Positions 11,418 to 23,387 of a stretch of DNA of 64,000 bases are shown in pieces. How positions within the stretch are numbered: position 1 is the stretch's first letter; each line of letters starts with the position of its first letter. Origin of the DNA: Macrostomum hystrix (lineage: Eukaryota; Animalia; Platyhelminthes); NCBI GenBank assembly GCA_950097015.1, contig CATNEN010000001.1, positions 17,484,001 through 17,548,000 of the forward strand. The letters are read 5' to 3'. The notes beneath the pieces are model-generated. The model ran no database searches. It was not told the origin of the DNA and worked only from the letters and a program-made list of their open reading frames with translations. A program made the position numbers and the translations under genes.

Positions 11418-14400
11418 TATTATGGCTGATGAGAGCATGGACATCTCTCGTCTTGAACAGTTATCCATTTCAGTTCGCTTTGTGCATTCATAACTCAACA
11501 GAAAGCATCAGCTAAGAGAATGCTTCCTTGGCTTCGTCGAGTTAAGCGAAACGACAGGAAGTGCGATCACAGAAAGCATCGTTACTTTCTTGCGCAACAT
11601 CGGTTTAAAGTCAGTTGCTGTTGGTCAGGCCTATGATGGAGCTCCTAACATTTCGGGAGTAAATCGAGGAGTGCAGGCTCTAATTCAAGCGCAGTATGGC
11701 CAGCAGTTCGCTGTTGCTGACTACTTTCCCTGCATATCGCATGGCCTGAACTTGGCAATCAACCATGCAGCCAAGGCCAGCAACTCTGTGCAGGATGCAT
11801 AGGCACTGATGGGGTCAATCGCAAGATTCTTCAGAGCATCTTCGAAGCGCAGCGGGCACTATAAGCGTGTAGTTAATGAAGTTTTGCCTGCATCTCGGAA
11901 GCAGACCCTACTGGTGAGAACTACAAAATATATGTTTATATCTTTATTCTTATTGTTTCGCAATTATACTTGGAATTGAAATGTTAGGATTTTAAAACAT
12001 TCTAGAAGATGATCGACACCCGATGGATGGAGCGCCTAGATGCTGGTCAGCGGTTCTCTGAATTGTATGCTGCAACTTCTATCGCGCTGCAGGAACTGAC
12101 GACAGCAGACGACATAGACACACGTGCCAAAGCGCTTGGATTTTTGGCTGCAATATCTCGCTCTGAGTTTGTGGTGTGCATGATTTTGCTAAAGCACGTA
12201 TTTAGCGCTACCTCTACAGTTGCTAGCAGTTTGCAACAAAGTTCGATCGCATTGAGCGACTGTTGGATCCAGGTAAGTATAAATAATTTTCGATTCTTTA
12301 GTAGTGTGTCATTATTAATTATTGCAGATGCATTAAGAATTTTTTCTTCTATCAATATCATCGATTCATTTTCTGTTTTCTATCTGTCTGCTTCAGATCG
12401 AATGCCTTAAAAATCATTGCGGTCTTGGTTTGCGGTTGACGGAAGTTCCGAGTCACTGGGCCGAGCAGTCAGCGCCGCAGTTATCTGCTCCGATGCTACC
12501 GACTTACGTGGATCCCTAGAAGTCGATCAGCTTCCCCGTGAATGCCACCAGACGGACGAGCTAGCACAAATTCAGCAGATCACAGCTGCGCACTTCAATA
12601 CAACTATTTTTGTCCCTTCGTGCTTAGCTTCATTCAGACGCTTGACGATCGGTTTAACAAGCAAACCGAAGCCATTGCTCAGCTAAGCAACTTGCTTCCA
12701 TTTTTGTGTGCGACGCTGAGGCCGTTAAATTCTCCGAGCTTTCTGCTACCCTCGAGCGGTATCGAAGCCTCCAATAGTTGCCGGCCGTCACACTTGAAGA
12801 CTTGCAGCACGAGTTTGCTGCGTGGCAGCAATTCTGGATGACTAAGGACATTGCTGATTGCCCGCACAACATTATTGATGCATTGGTCAGCTAGCGAGCC
12901 TTCTTTCCTAGCATCTACAAGGCACTTCAGATCTTTTCTAGCCTGCCCGTCTCAACGGCAACAGCTGAGCGGACGTTCTCTACGATGAAGTACCTGAAGA
13001 ATTACTTAAGGGCATCGACAGGCGAGGAGCGTCTTAATGGATTGGCATTGATGTCAATTATAACAATTATAACAATTTATTTTGTTATAAAACGCTTGAT
13101 ATCAACGTCGACGAGACGATCAAGCTATTCGCTTTGAAAGATCAAAGCGATCAAAGCTATTCGCCTTAGATTAATCTAACTTCAGATTATATCTATTATA
13201 TGATGAGATAAGACAGACTCGACAAAGTAACTTGTGCGCCTAACATGTATTTTTTAAGCAAATGAACATTGAAATGTGACATAATTTTTGTAGACTGCGT
13301 GGATCAGCAAGATCTCTGAGACTGAGTGAGATCAATGAGGATTATTAAAAACGTTTTAGTTATTGGTCTGTTGAAATACTTGGAAATAGCTAAATCTAGA
13401 ATCTGGATGTCAACTGTTACTGCTTATTTAGGTATATGTAGCTGTATAGGTAATATCTAGGTAATTATTCAATGAGCTTCAATAAATTCATAATCATTAC
13501 TCGATATTTAAGCAATAAATGTATAACAAAGTTATTAAAAAGGTAGCGAAATCGTTGTCTGCAAATGGACTACAACAGGTTATTTCAGTTTTTTTAGCAG
13601 CAGCATGCGACTCATTTTCTCTGATAGTTGAAACAGCAAATTTATCCCCCCATTTTAAAAGATACGCCACTGGCTTGACCGAAGTTAACGAGTGGGGCTT
13701 TCGAAGAAGCCTTAATAATATTCATTGATTATCAAATTTAATAAGCATATGCGTTCCTCGAGGTTCCAGTTCATTAATAACATTTCTGGAACTCAGGGAA
13801 CATGGTTTGGATTATAGTATCGCGTGGGTATCGCATTATAGCATGTGGTTATAACATTGTGTGTATTCTGATTTAATTGTTTTTCCCCTGCTTGTATCTA
13901 TCAGTCTCAAGTGTGGTGTGTTTGTTATCCGCTGTCGCCAGTATCTTATTTCTAGTGGGGCAGTGGCTGAACTAATCCAATCTCAGCATGCGACTTCTAT
14001 AGGCCATCCTTCCCTTCTGAGGCTGGGTTACACCAATTCCTCGCTGGGGTTCCCTGCTCGTTCTTAAGTGACTATCTGTCATTGACATCCATCTTCACTG
14101 CGTCGTCTTCATAGAATTTCCTTGTCTACCTTTGAGATTCGGCAAGTTTTAGCGCTAGTGGCGGAATTACAGGAACGCATCAGTCGACTGGAGGTGGCCT
14201 CCTCCGCAGTGACTGCGAGAGCTTCGTCGCTGGAGGCAGGAATCACTGCCCTACGAGGTCTATCTGGCGGCCTGAGTGCTGGAGGGCTGCTTGCCCTAGT
14301 CTTTGGCCTCATTTTACTAGTAATTTGCTGTCGGCGGCGTCGCTGCGGCGGCCGAATCCACCATCATGACTGTTTAACTGTATTTCGGACTACTTCCTCC

Positions 14401-14964
14401 TCCATTTTCATTCCCCCTTTTATTGGCCATATCCTGCATTGTACTTGATGTATAAGAAAGCTGTGTTATGTGCTTCAGTTGAATAAGTGCTGTGTCTTAT
14501 TTTGCTTTCTTTTAAATATAAATAATAAGGAGTGGCTCATGGAATTTGGTAGTGCTTTGTCTTTCTATCTCTTATTTAATTTTTTACTGAGATGCTGCGT
14601 CGCTTCACCGCCATTGGTCTAGGTCGCAGTGGTAAAAGAAGTCCGACAGTGGCACGAGTTGGCTGGAGCATCTCATAGCGTCCGGGCCTTTTGGCTGTCC
14701 AGCCTAGGCGCCATCATTCGTTGTCATGATCTTCAGGAGCAGCTGCGTCTGGTGCGGGCTCTTTTCTTCGTTATGTTGGTTGAGACTTGACGTGGGGGAA
14801 TCCGAAGAAGCTGCTGACCGCCAAGAAGATCCACCGGGATGACGCACGAGGCCGCCGACAAGGTTTATGTCGTGAACAAAAGAAAGAAGGCACCCACGGC
14901 TTACACTCAACCAAAGAGCATTCCCCCACCCATTCCCGAGGCGCGATAACGAGGCATAGTGCCT

Positions 14965-15624
14965 CTACGCAACCATGGCCAAGTCACTGGAGTTCCCTAT
15001 GACGGGCGGCATTTGACAGTGACAGTCTCGAATGTAAGCTCTGTAGACTGCTTCTTGCAGGCACTTAGCTACGCCTACAGGAACCGGCCTGCGCTTCGTG
15101 AGTCCATTTAAGGTGCCCCGAACTCTTGTCATTCTTTGCGGGACTTCATGGAACATATGGATGATGCAGCCACGGAGAAGGCAGCATGCGCTAGGGCTTG
15201 TTTACTCCTACGCACACCAGCTCTCTGGGCTACTGGTAACTGCCTGCTGCCAGCACCGAAGGCCTCAGTGCGCGCCAATCTTAATGCATCTGAGGTGGAC
15301 ATGGTTAGCTACATTCTGGGTCCTGCCATCGCTTTTGACCGACTGTCATTGTGCCAATTTGAGGGCTGTCCAGACGGTGTCCGTCGCATCGCTTCCCATG
15401 CTCCAAGAAGTCGCGCCGCTGCATGTCATGGAGCAGCTGCGCCACAGAATCCGCATGCCGAGGGCCTCTGTAGCGAATGTGGAGGAATGCGGGATATCAG
15501 CAGCGCTGAATTTACTATACAGCCACCCCCATTCCTGGCTCTGGGAATTCCCGATCACCTGCGCGTCGACACCATGGAACTGCCTGAGATAATCCGGCCC
15601 TTCTCTGCAAGTGACACGGATTAA
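14965..15624 (+). pseudogene. Degenerate USP/C19 peptidase-like domain
   Basis: Cys-box-like SNVSSVDCFLQAL (near 15030-15070), then after a frameshift CQFEGC..CSECGG and PPPFLAL..LPEII. Confidence 0.4.
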
Positions 15625-16619
15625 GTGAAGGTGCTTGTCATATTTTAGCCTACGTTTGTAAACTATATGACATACTTTAACATACTTTAACATACTCGTA
15701 TTAGATTATTATACGAAATCTCATGTTTATGCTTCTCTCATTGTCATATATAGGCAGTTATTGGCCTTGGGCATCAAGGAGGCAGTGAGGCTTGGGTGAC
15801 GAGAATTAGTGGTAAAGTACAAACGACGGAGTGGGCTGAGAGCCACATACACCAACATGGACACTATGCACCCACCAACGCACGCGTGCACGCGATAATA
15901 CACCGGATCACTAATCTATAAAAACATCCCCAGACTTTGCCTCTCGACTAACAAATACGTACTTAATATATTTATTAAATTTAGTCCCCAAAAATTTCAT
16001 ATTTATTTACTTCCAATCTCTACTCGTTTTCGTCACTTAAAATAAACCTCTAGATGCACACAGTTGTGCGAAACGCGTCGCTTAATTAAATTAATGTTGA
16101 TTTTCGCTTTTCTTCTTATCCTACTTGCCAAGCCAGCAGCTGTACCAGAATTTTAAATTTATTTATTATTTAAATATATTACATTTTGTCAATGCAATGG
16201 CCTACCTTTATGCGATGACTCACTTGTTCACCGACGATGGACTCGAGCCGACTGGTTGGCTAACAACGGCCACAATCCAAGCGGAATGCCGTCGCGAAGC
16301 ATTTATTTGAATCCTGATCGACCAACTGAACACGTAAGACTTAACGGAGTTAACGAAGTTTAAAAAACTTAACCAATCTGTGCGTTAATTGCCGAAGTGG
16401 GTTCACAGGCAGGAATGGCTATATTTAGATCCAGAATGGAAATTCTAGTTAAGTTGCTGCAGGTGTGGAAAGACGACAAAGACGTCCAGCTAATTGTGTC
16501 GAAACCACGTAATCAGCATCAGGAGGCCGAGCGCCTGCAGTCCGAGCGTCAGCGCATAGAGACCGAGGCCGAGCGCCTGCAGGCCGAGCGTTGCATACAG
16601 GCCGAGCGCCAGCGCCTGT

Positions 16620-17250
16620 GACCGATTTTATGAGCAACTGGTAAATTAGCAGTTAGCAGCAGCTAAAATAACTGTGGATATTCAGCAGTCTGCTAAAAAC
16701 TGGTTTCATGAAGCAACTGGTAAATATCTGCTGGTAAATATCAGTACTGCTATTCTCCCTAGCATTGAATTCGTGCCATAGACATTCGCTTTGCAGCAGA
16801 AGAAGAAGCTGAGGTGGAGAAGAAGAATGAGAAGGAGCGGGTAGTATATAAGGCTCTAGTCTCGCTAGAAGCTTTTACTTCTAAGCGAATTTAAATATTT
16901 AGGAAAATATTTTAAAAGTGCACAACTATGTCCACGCCGGAACAAAAGCTCCTCTTTCTGTGAGACAGAAACTACCATTTTGTTCGGTAGTTTTGCGGAT
17001 AACGCAGAAGCCAAATCGAAAAAGCGACACGCTTGGGAGGAAATCCGAACCACGATGGAGGCAAGTGGGTTGTGCAAGCCAGTTGCATATCTGCGCAAAA
17101 CAATGTGGAAAAACATTCGGATGGCAACAATGAAGAAGCGAGGCGCTAGTCGTTAGACTCTCGGGAGGGACTCTCGCCAAGGAGACAGATGTGGATCGTA
17201 TGGTTCTAGAAGTCATTGGAAAGGAAAGTTTTTGTAGACCGGGAATTCTT
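16620..17250 (+). mobile_element. PIF/Harbinger 5' remnant with Myb/SANT-like ORF
   Basis: LFGSFADNAEAKSKKRHAWEEI..YLRKTMWKNIR..TMKK, frameshifted; upstream repeated agcaactggtaaa and tttcatgaagca motifs. Confidence 0.6.
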
Positions 17251-17607
17251 TAGATAGCGCAAAGGCCACGAACTACGTACAAGGAGATTCGATATATTTA
17301 TACTAACAAAATATGGCTGGGGGTGACAATGGCACGTGGAGAGCAGGGAGTAAGAACAGAGCACGTTGTGTCGCACGCGCAGGTGACACACGCGGCCCAC
17401 GCACGCATAGGAAAATGGGTGTGCATTGAGCAACGATAAGTTAATAGAGTACATTCAAGTCCGGTTGAAAATTCAAGTCACAACATCCCTCCACACCAAA
17501 GCTAAAAATAAATTGAATAACACCGCGAATAGTCAATCCACCGTACATTGGAGCTGATAGTCATTTAAGCAGAGTTTAAGCGCTCGCCGAATTGGCATCA
17601 GCAATTT

Positions 17608-18315
17608 ATGCCCTCTCTACCCCATGCACAGCAGCCCAAAAAGCGGTCGGTAGAAGACCGGGGTCAGCGGGGACCAGCCCCCAAGCGGCATCGCAGCACG
17701 CAGGCTACACCGGACACCGCTGATGTAGCCGAGAGTAGTGATAGCAGCGAGTCAGATGAAGCCCAAGTAGATCCGAATGAAGATCTATGGGCGGCCCTGC
17801 AGGAGGGCATGCCCTCGGACGATGAAGGACTTTTGGATCCTGACTCGTCCGAGGAGATGCAAGCGAAAGGGCCAGCAGCACCGCCACCGATACCATGGCA
17901 GTCACCCCAGTCATCGTCGTCCAGCGACAGTCTGGAAGGGGTGGAGGCTGAGGCTAGGCCAAGAATGAAGAGAGGCGGCGCCCAGCGGCGCAGACAGCAT
18001 CACGGAACGCCGGCGCGGGAGGCTGCCATTCTGGGAATGGCGCACTCGTTGGCAAGGGCAGCACGCGGGCTCGAAGACGATGGATGGCCAGCAGAAGTGC
18101 ATCAGGGATTCGCTGGTGTAGAAAGGGCCACGAGGCGCGAAATGGCCCAGGAAGCTGCCGCTAGGGCCGAGGTTCTAATCGGCGGACCAGCATCAATACC
18201 GCAGCAGCTGCTAGCCCGGTATGGCCAGGCAGTGGTGGAACTGATAGAAGCGTGGTGGCTGCCGGAGGCACTGTTCATTGGATTGTTCATTGTTATCTTG
18301 TTTATGTTCTTTTGA
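17608..18315 (+). CDS. Hypothetical protein (basic NLS-like and acidic low-complexity N-half)
   Basis: 235-aa ATG ORF, GC-rich, followed by T-rich UTR and AATAAA near 18470. Confidence 0.4.
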   Translation: MPSLPHAQQPKKRSVEDRGQRGPAPKRHRSTQATPDTADVAESSDSSESDEAQVDPNEDLWAALQEGMPSDDEGLLDPDSSEEMQAKGPAAPPPIPWQSPQSSSSSDSLEGVEAEARPRMKRGGAQRRRQHHGTPAREAAILGMAHSLARAARGLEDDGWPAEVHQGFAGVERATRREMAQEAAARAEVLIGGPASIPQQLLARYGQAVVELIEAWWLPEALFIGLFIVILFMFF

Positions 18316-18590
18316 CTTATCCAGTATGTGCCCTGAGATGGTGCGTAGCGCCTTAGGTTGGAAAGTGTTCTCTTTTGTTTTGTTTTTATTGATATTAGGA
18401 TTGTTTTTGTTTTGTTTGATAGCAGGTTATCCATGTTATGGATGGTTTTCTGTATGCTAAAGAAAGAGAAATAAAAAGAAACTTACATAACTTTTTTATG
18501 TGCGGCTGACGGCCAGCCGGTGTTGACCGTCATCCTTTAGCTGGAGGAGAATGATGTGCTGTAGTCTGCTGAGCAGCCTCCAGGCAATCT

Positions 18591-21500
18591 GTGCAGTCAG
18601 CGCTGCCCGTGTCTGAAATCGTCGACTGCATCCGCAATCTCGAGCAAGTTGATAACTTCGTCTCAAAGCGAACGGACAAGACGGCAAGCGCTTTAGCGCC
18701 GTACGCACAATCGGTTGGTTCACACCAAGCCGGCTGTACCGAAGCTACTCTGCACTACACTCACTCGCATCAATCAGATGGAAGGAACATCCGTCGAACA
18801 GTCACTGCATATCGATACTGTGGAAAGTCGCATTCGGAGGGCAAATGCCCTGCTTTTGGCAAGACCTGCTCCAGGTGCGGAAAGAAGAACCACTTTGGTG
18901 CTGTGTGCAAATCCGCAGGAGCTCGATCGGTGCACCACACGACAGCTGACGAGGAAGACGGAGGAACCGCTCAGCCAACGACGAACGTACTGCATCTTAC
19001 TGACGTACTACATTCAATCGAATCGGCAACGGAAACGGTGCACATCAACAATAAGCCGCTGCAAATGCAGGTCGACACTGGAGCATCCGTCTCAGTACTC
19101 TCAAGTGCACAGTGGACACTGTTGGGCCAGCCACCACTTCTACGTTGTGACCGACGCTTGGAAGCCTTTGACGGACATGTAATGCGATCGCTCGGCAAGA
19201 TGGCCACCACCATGGAGTTACGGGGGCGTCTCCACCCAGCAGATTTCATTGTGGTGTCCTCCAGCAAACCATACGGCTTGCTTGGACGGGATCTTCTTGA
19301 TTCTGATGGTCTGTTTCATACCGATAACTCCCCGTCAAGCAGCACTACTTTGGAACAACTGCCTGCCATTCGAGGCGTAAAAGCACGGATGGAGCTAATA
19401 GATGGCGCTCGAAATCAATTTTGCCGCGCTCGCCCTGTTCCGATAGCCCTTGAAAGTCAGATCAACGTGGAACTAGACCGCCTTCACCGACTAGGCGTCA
19501 TCGAGCCGATCGAAGGCCCTGTAAGCAACGCGTCGCCAATTGTATGGGTGAAAAAGAAGGACGGGTCGCTGCGCATGTGCGCAGACTATAGCGTACACGT
19601 CAACGCAAAGATTAAACCTGACGCCTATCCGATACCGCACATTGAGACAATGTTCTCAAAACTCAAGAACGCAAAAACATTTGCCACCATCGACCTGCGC
19701 TCCGCATATTGGCAGATTGAGCTTGATGAGGCGGCGAGAGAATTGTCCGTGATTAACACATCCCGTGGATTGTATCGCGTGAATCGACTCCAGATGGGTA
19801 TGAAAAATGCATCATTCGTATTTCAACGAACAATGGAATCAATTCTGGGAGACATCAAAGGTGTGATAATCTATCAGGACGACATTCTCGTTCACGCATC
19901 AGACAAATCGGTGCTGGAGAAGCGTCTCGCCGCAGTGAGGACGCGGCTCAAAGAGAAGCGTGTGACCATCAATGAGGCCAAGTGCGTCAACTACTGCGAC
20001 TCTGTTTCATTCTTGGGGTTCCGAATCTCCGCCGCAGGAATTCAACCAGATGACAGGCTGATCGATAAGATTCGTCATGTGTGCGCACCAGCAAATAAAT
20101 CGGAACTCGCCCACTTCCTTGGGCTAGTCAACTTTTTTGGACGTCTCATTCCAAATTTCGCTGGCAAAACAGCTCCCCTTAACAAGCTGCGAAAATCAGG
20201 AGTGCCCTTTGTGTGGACTGATGAATGCTCTAGAGCGTTCGAGAACTTGAAAGTCGAGATCACATCAGCACCGGTCGTCCAACCTTACAGCTTAACAAAG
20301 GAGCTTACACTCACCACCGATGCATCTAAAGGAGCGCTTGCCGCTGTTGCAACGCAGGAAGGCCACCCAGTCATATGTGTCACGCAGCCTAACCTCAGCT
20401 GAAGCCAACTACTCAAACATTGAGCGCGAAGCTCTGGCCATTGTATGGGCTATCGCACGCCTGAAACATTATTTTCACGGTCGGCCCTTCACTATCCGCA
20501 CTGATCACCAACCGCTGCTCCGCCTATTTGGTTCCGGCATCCCAGTCGACGCCTCCGCACGCATCGGCCGCTGGGCCATGTATCTCATGCCGTTCGATTT
20601 CCAGATACAATACGCTCGAGGAAGCAGCATTCCGCATGTCGATGCTCTCTCTAGATTGCGATTTGATGGCCACAGCACTGATGATGCGGAGACGTTTGAG
20701 GCCATCAACACAGTGGCTTTTGAAGCGCCTGTGATCGATGCTAGACGACTATTAGCTGAAATGGACCTGGACACATTCACCCAGAGAATTCTCAACCGCT
20801 ATCGACGTGGTAATTGGCAGAATTGCAGTCAGGCTGAAGCACAGTTCAAGAAGGTTGCCGACAAGCTAACGCTAGAAAACGGACTGCTGTATATGCAGAG
20901 GAGGGTATTCATACCCCCACGACTGAGAAAAACCGCTTTTAACACCGTTCACAGCACACATTCAGGCGCGCAGGCTACGTACAATTTGCTGGCCATGTCT
21001 TGTTGGTGGCCAGGCATGCAACATGACGTCACCCAATTCGTACAGCGTTGCCCCGGCTGCAATCAGCTACGCCCACATATTGGCCACGACAGGGATCGTT
21101 GGCCACCGTCAACCTACCCATTACAGCGCATTCATATGGATTGGGCCTACGTAAAAGACGCTGGCAACATTTTAGTCATCGTGGACTCTTTCTCAAGTTG
21201 GATAGAGGCTTTCCCATGCCGCGACCGGTCAACCGATTCCATCATACATTGCCTCAGAACCGTGTTCACACGATTTGGCGTTCCGGAAACAGTAGTCTCG
21301 GACAACGCACCCGAGTTTACGGCAGACCCACTCACCTCCTGGTTGCGCGCCAACGGCGCAGGTAAAATGGAGTCACCGCCATATTATCCCCAGGCGAATG
21401 GGGCAGCCGAAAGAGCTGTTCAAACAGTCAAGTCGGCGCTTCGTGCCTGGTCTGAAAGAATAATGCACATGGAATTTGGCCACTTCTTGCAGAAAGTGCT

Positions 21501-21939
21501 CCTGCACCATCGAAACTCTGTCTCTTCTCGAGGCAGCTGCCCTGCCGAAATTCTATTCGGAAGACGACTTCGAGTCCCTGTTGTATCGCATTTTGAACAA
21601 GGTGATAACATAATCTACACGCCTAATAGCTCGGCCGTTGGAAGCCAAGCGACATTTGTAATGACGGCAGGCCAAAACACGGCTTGGATCCTGGCCGGAG
21701 ACAATCTTCGCTTCGCGAGCTCAAACCAACTTGCTCCATTTGCCACACAATCCCGAGGATTTGATGCGGAGGAGGATGATGCGGCTGGGAACGCGCAAGT
21801 TACTAGGGAAGGTGAGCCTGCTGCTATCGAGACCCAGAACCAGACCGAGACCAAGAATCAGGCCTCTGACCGAGAAGAGGATGTGCATCCACGGAGAAGC
21901 GGCCGAAACCGGGTTGCCCCTGATCGTTTCGTGCCATAG
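18591..21939 (+). mobile_element. Gypsy/Ty3 LTR retrotransposon gag(3')-pol, 5'-truncated, one frameshift, no LTRs seen
   Basis: CSRCGKKNHFGAVC knuckle, VDTGA protease, YQDD RT, TDAS RNase H, H..H..CPGC and D-D-E integrase; frameshift near 20374. Confidence 0.95.
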
Positions 21940-22489
21940 ATTGAATACTTCGCTACTGCCACCGCTACTCGGGTCAATGTTCAATCTTAATAGACATAAA
22001 TTAGTCTAGGCAAGGGAACGCAGAATGAAGTTCACTATCGGATGAGGGCATGTTGTGCATTGAGGCCCACTTTTAGCGTTGGTCTTGTTTGGCGTTGTAG
22101 GTATCGATCAATCCCTCTCTGTTGTACTCTTCCCCACAAGTTCGTTTGCTGTGGTTTCAACCACAGACTTTTCAAATGTCAACATTCATTCACAAGCTCA
22201 AGCTGTTACAGTTATGTCTATGGCGTTAATCTATCTTGCCTTTCCTTTGAAGACCTCGAGAATACTTTCAGATTCATTAAGAACCTTTGAACTTGCCAAT
22301 GTATTAAATACGCACAATAAACGTGTCTTGACAAACACACATCAATAATGAAGCCTGTCTTTAATCTTTCTTTTATTTTTAATAACTGAATAACTGTTTC
22401 TAACAACTTTTCACTTGATGCTCATGTCCTTTACCATAGAAAGCAAGACAGTTCCTTGTCCAAATATACACTGATTAAGGTGCTGATTC

Positions 22490-22870
22490 AGATGCTTCTG
22501 CAGAAATTGACACCAGCGTCTTGTTACCACCACCAGACCATAAACCCTGCACAGTTTGATCAAATAGATATATTCTCAGATGTCATTCTCTCTGCTTGCT
22601 GGCTTCAAGTCCGCATAGGAGATTGAATTTGAGAAGACAAGAATAGTACTATAAGAAATGTAGCAATCAATCCACATTAGACCAGTCAATAACAGCAAGC
22701 TTTCATTCTCACATATTTCAGTGACATAAAATCAGTAGTGGGGGTTGGGCGGATGCTCCTGCAAAGATTGCACCAGCTAGACCAAAAACCCTGCATAGTT
22801 TGATCAAATGGATCTATTCTCAGGTGTCAGTCTTTCTGCTTGCTGGCTTCAACTCCGCATCGCAGGAGAC
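22490..22870. repeat. Imperfect ~120-bp direct repeat
   Basis: agacca.aaaccctgca.agtttgatcaaat...tctgcttgctggcttcaa.tccgcat occurs near 22535 and 22780. Confidence 0.7.
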
Positions 22871-23387
22871 ATGTATGGGGCTAAGAAATGCTGAAAATGG
22901 TGTCAATAGACGCTAACAGATGTCCTATAAACATTTGCTCTGTCAACGGAAGCAGTGCGAGGCATATGATTAACGGTATTAACATTTCAAGTAAAAAACG
23001 TGATTTTTTGCTAAATTTTGCATTTTCAAGGTACAAAACTGCATGGCCAGAACGTATTTAGTATGCGATTTGAATGCGGCTTCAGATTTTAGAAGCGCAA
23101 CAGATGTGCGCATAAAATGTATATTTTAAATTTTCTACGCATCTACTTCGAAGGTGGATGCAAAAATCCCAAATTTTGACCCCCGGGGGCCAAAACATGC
23201 AAAACTGGATCAGTCATAACTTTTGATTGCTGCATCCGTTGGTGTTGCGCTTAGCGTTGCTGAATTGCATTTAGGACCATCTTTCATTTGATACATGTAC
23301 AAATATCTAAAATATGTACCTTTACAGGTGTACATATGAGAAAAAGTTTGCCATTTCTGCCCCTAAGATAGTGCACTTTGTCGCCTT

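Larger units (their letters stand above)
8419..13672 (+). mobile_element. Decayed hAT transposon (ZMYM1/THAP12-like, DUF4371-type spliced transposase), split by a Tc1-like insertion
   Basis: GNFRALL-like, YVSLGVQNQLI, IMADESMDIS (rejoined across the insertion), GQAYDGA, CISHGLNL, DTRW and hATC LPVSTATAERTFS..LKNYLR..ERLNGLALM motifs; GT-AG intron 12273-12397; right end gatacgccactg at 13661-13672; left end not found. Confidence 0.85.

Noticed and set aside
16197-16621. CARD/death-fold-like spliced ORF
   Set aside because: Resemblance too weak and it contains a stop
18400-22400. LTR pair around the Gypsy
   Set aside because: No direct repeats, PBS or clear PPT found
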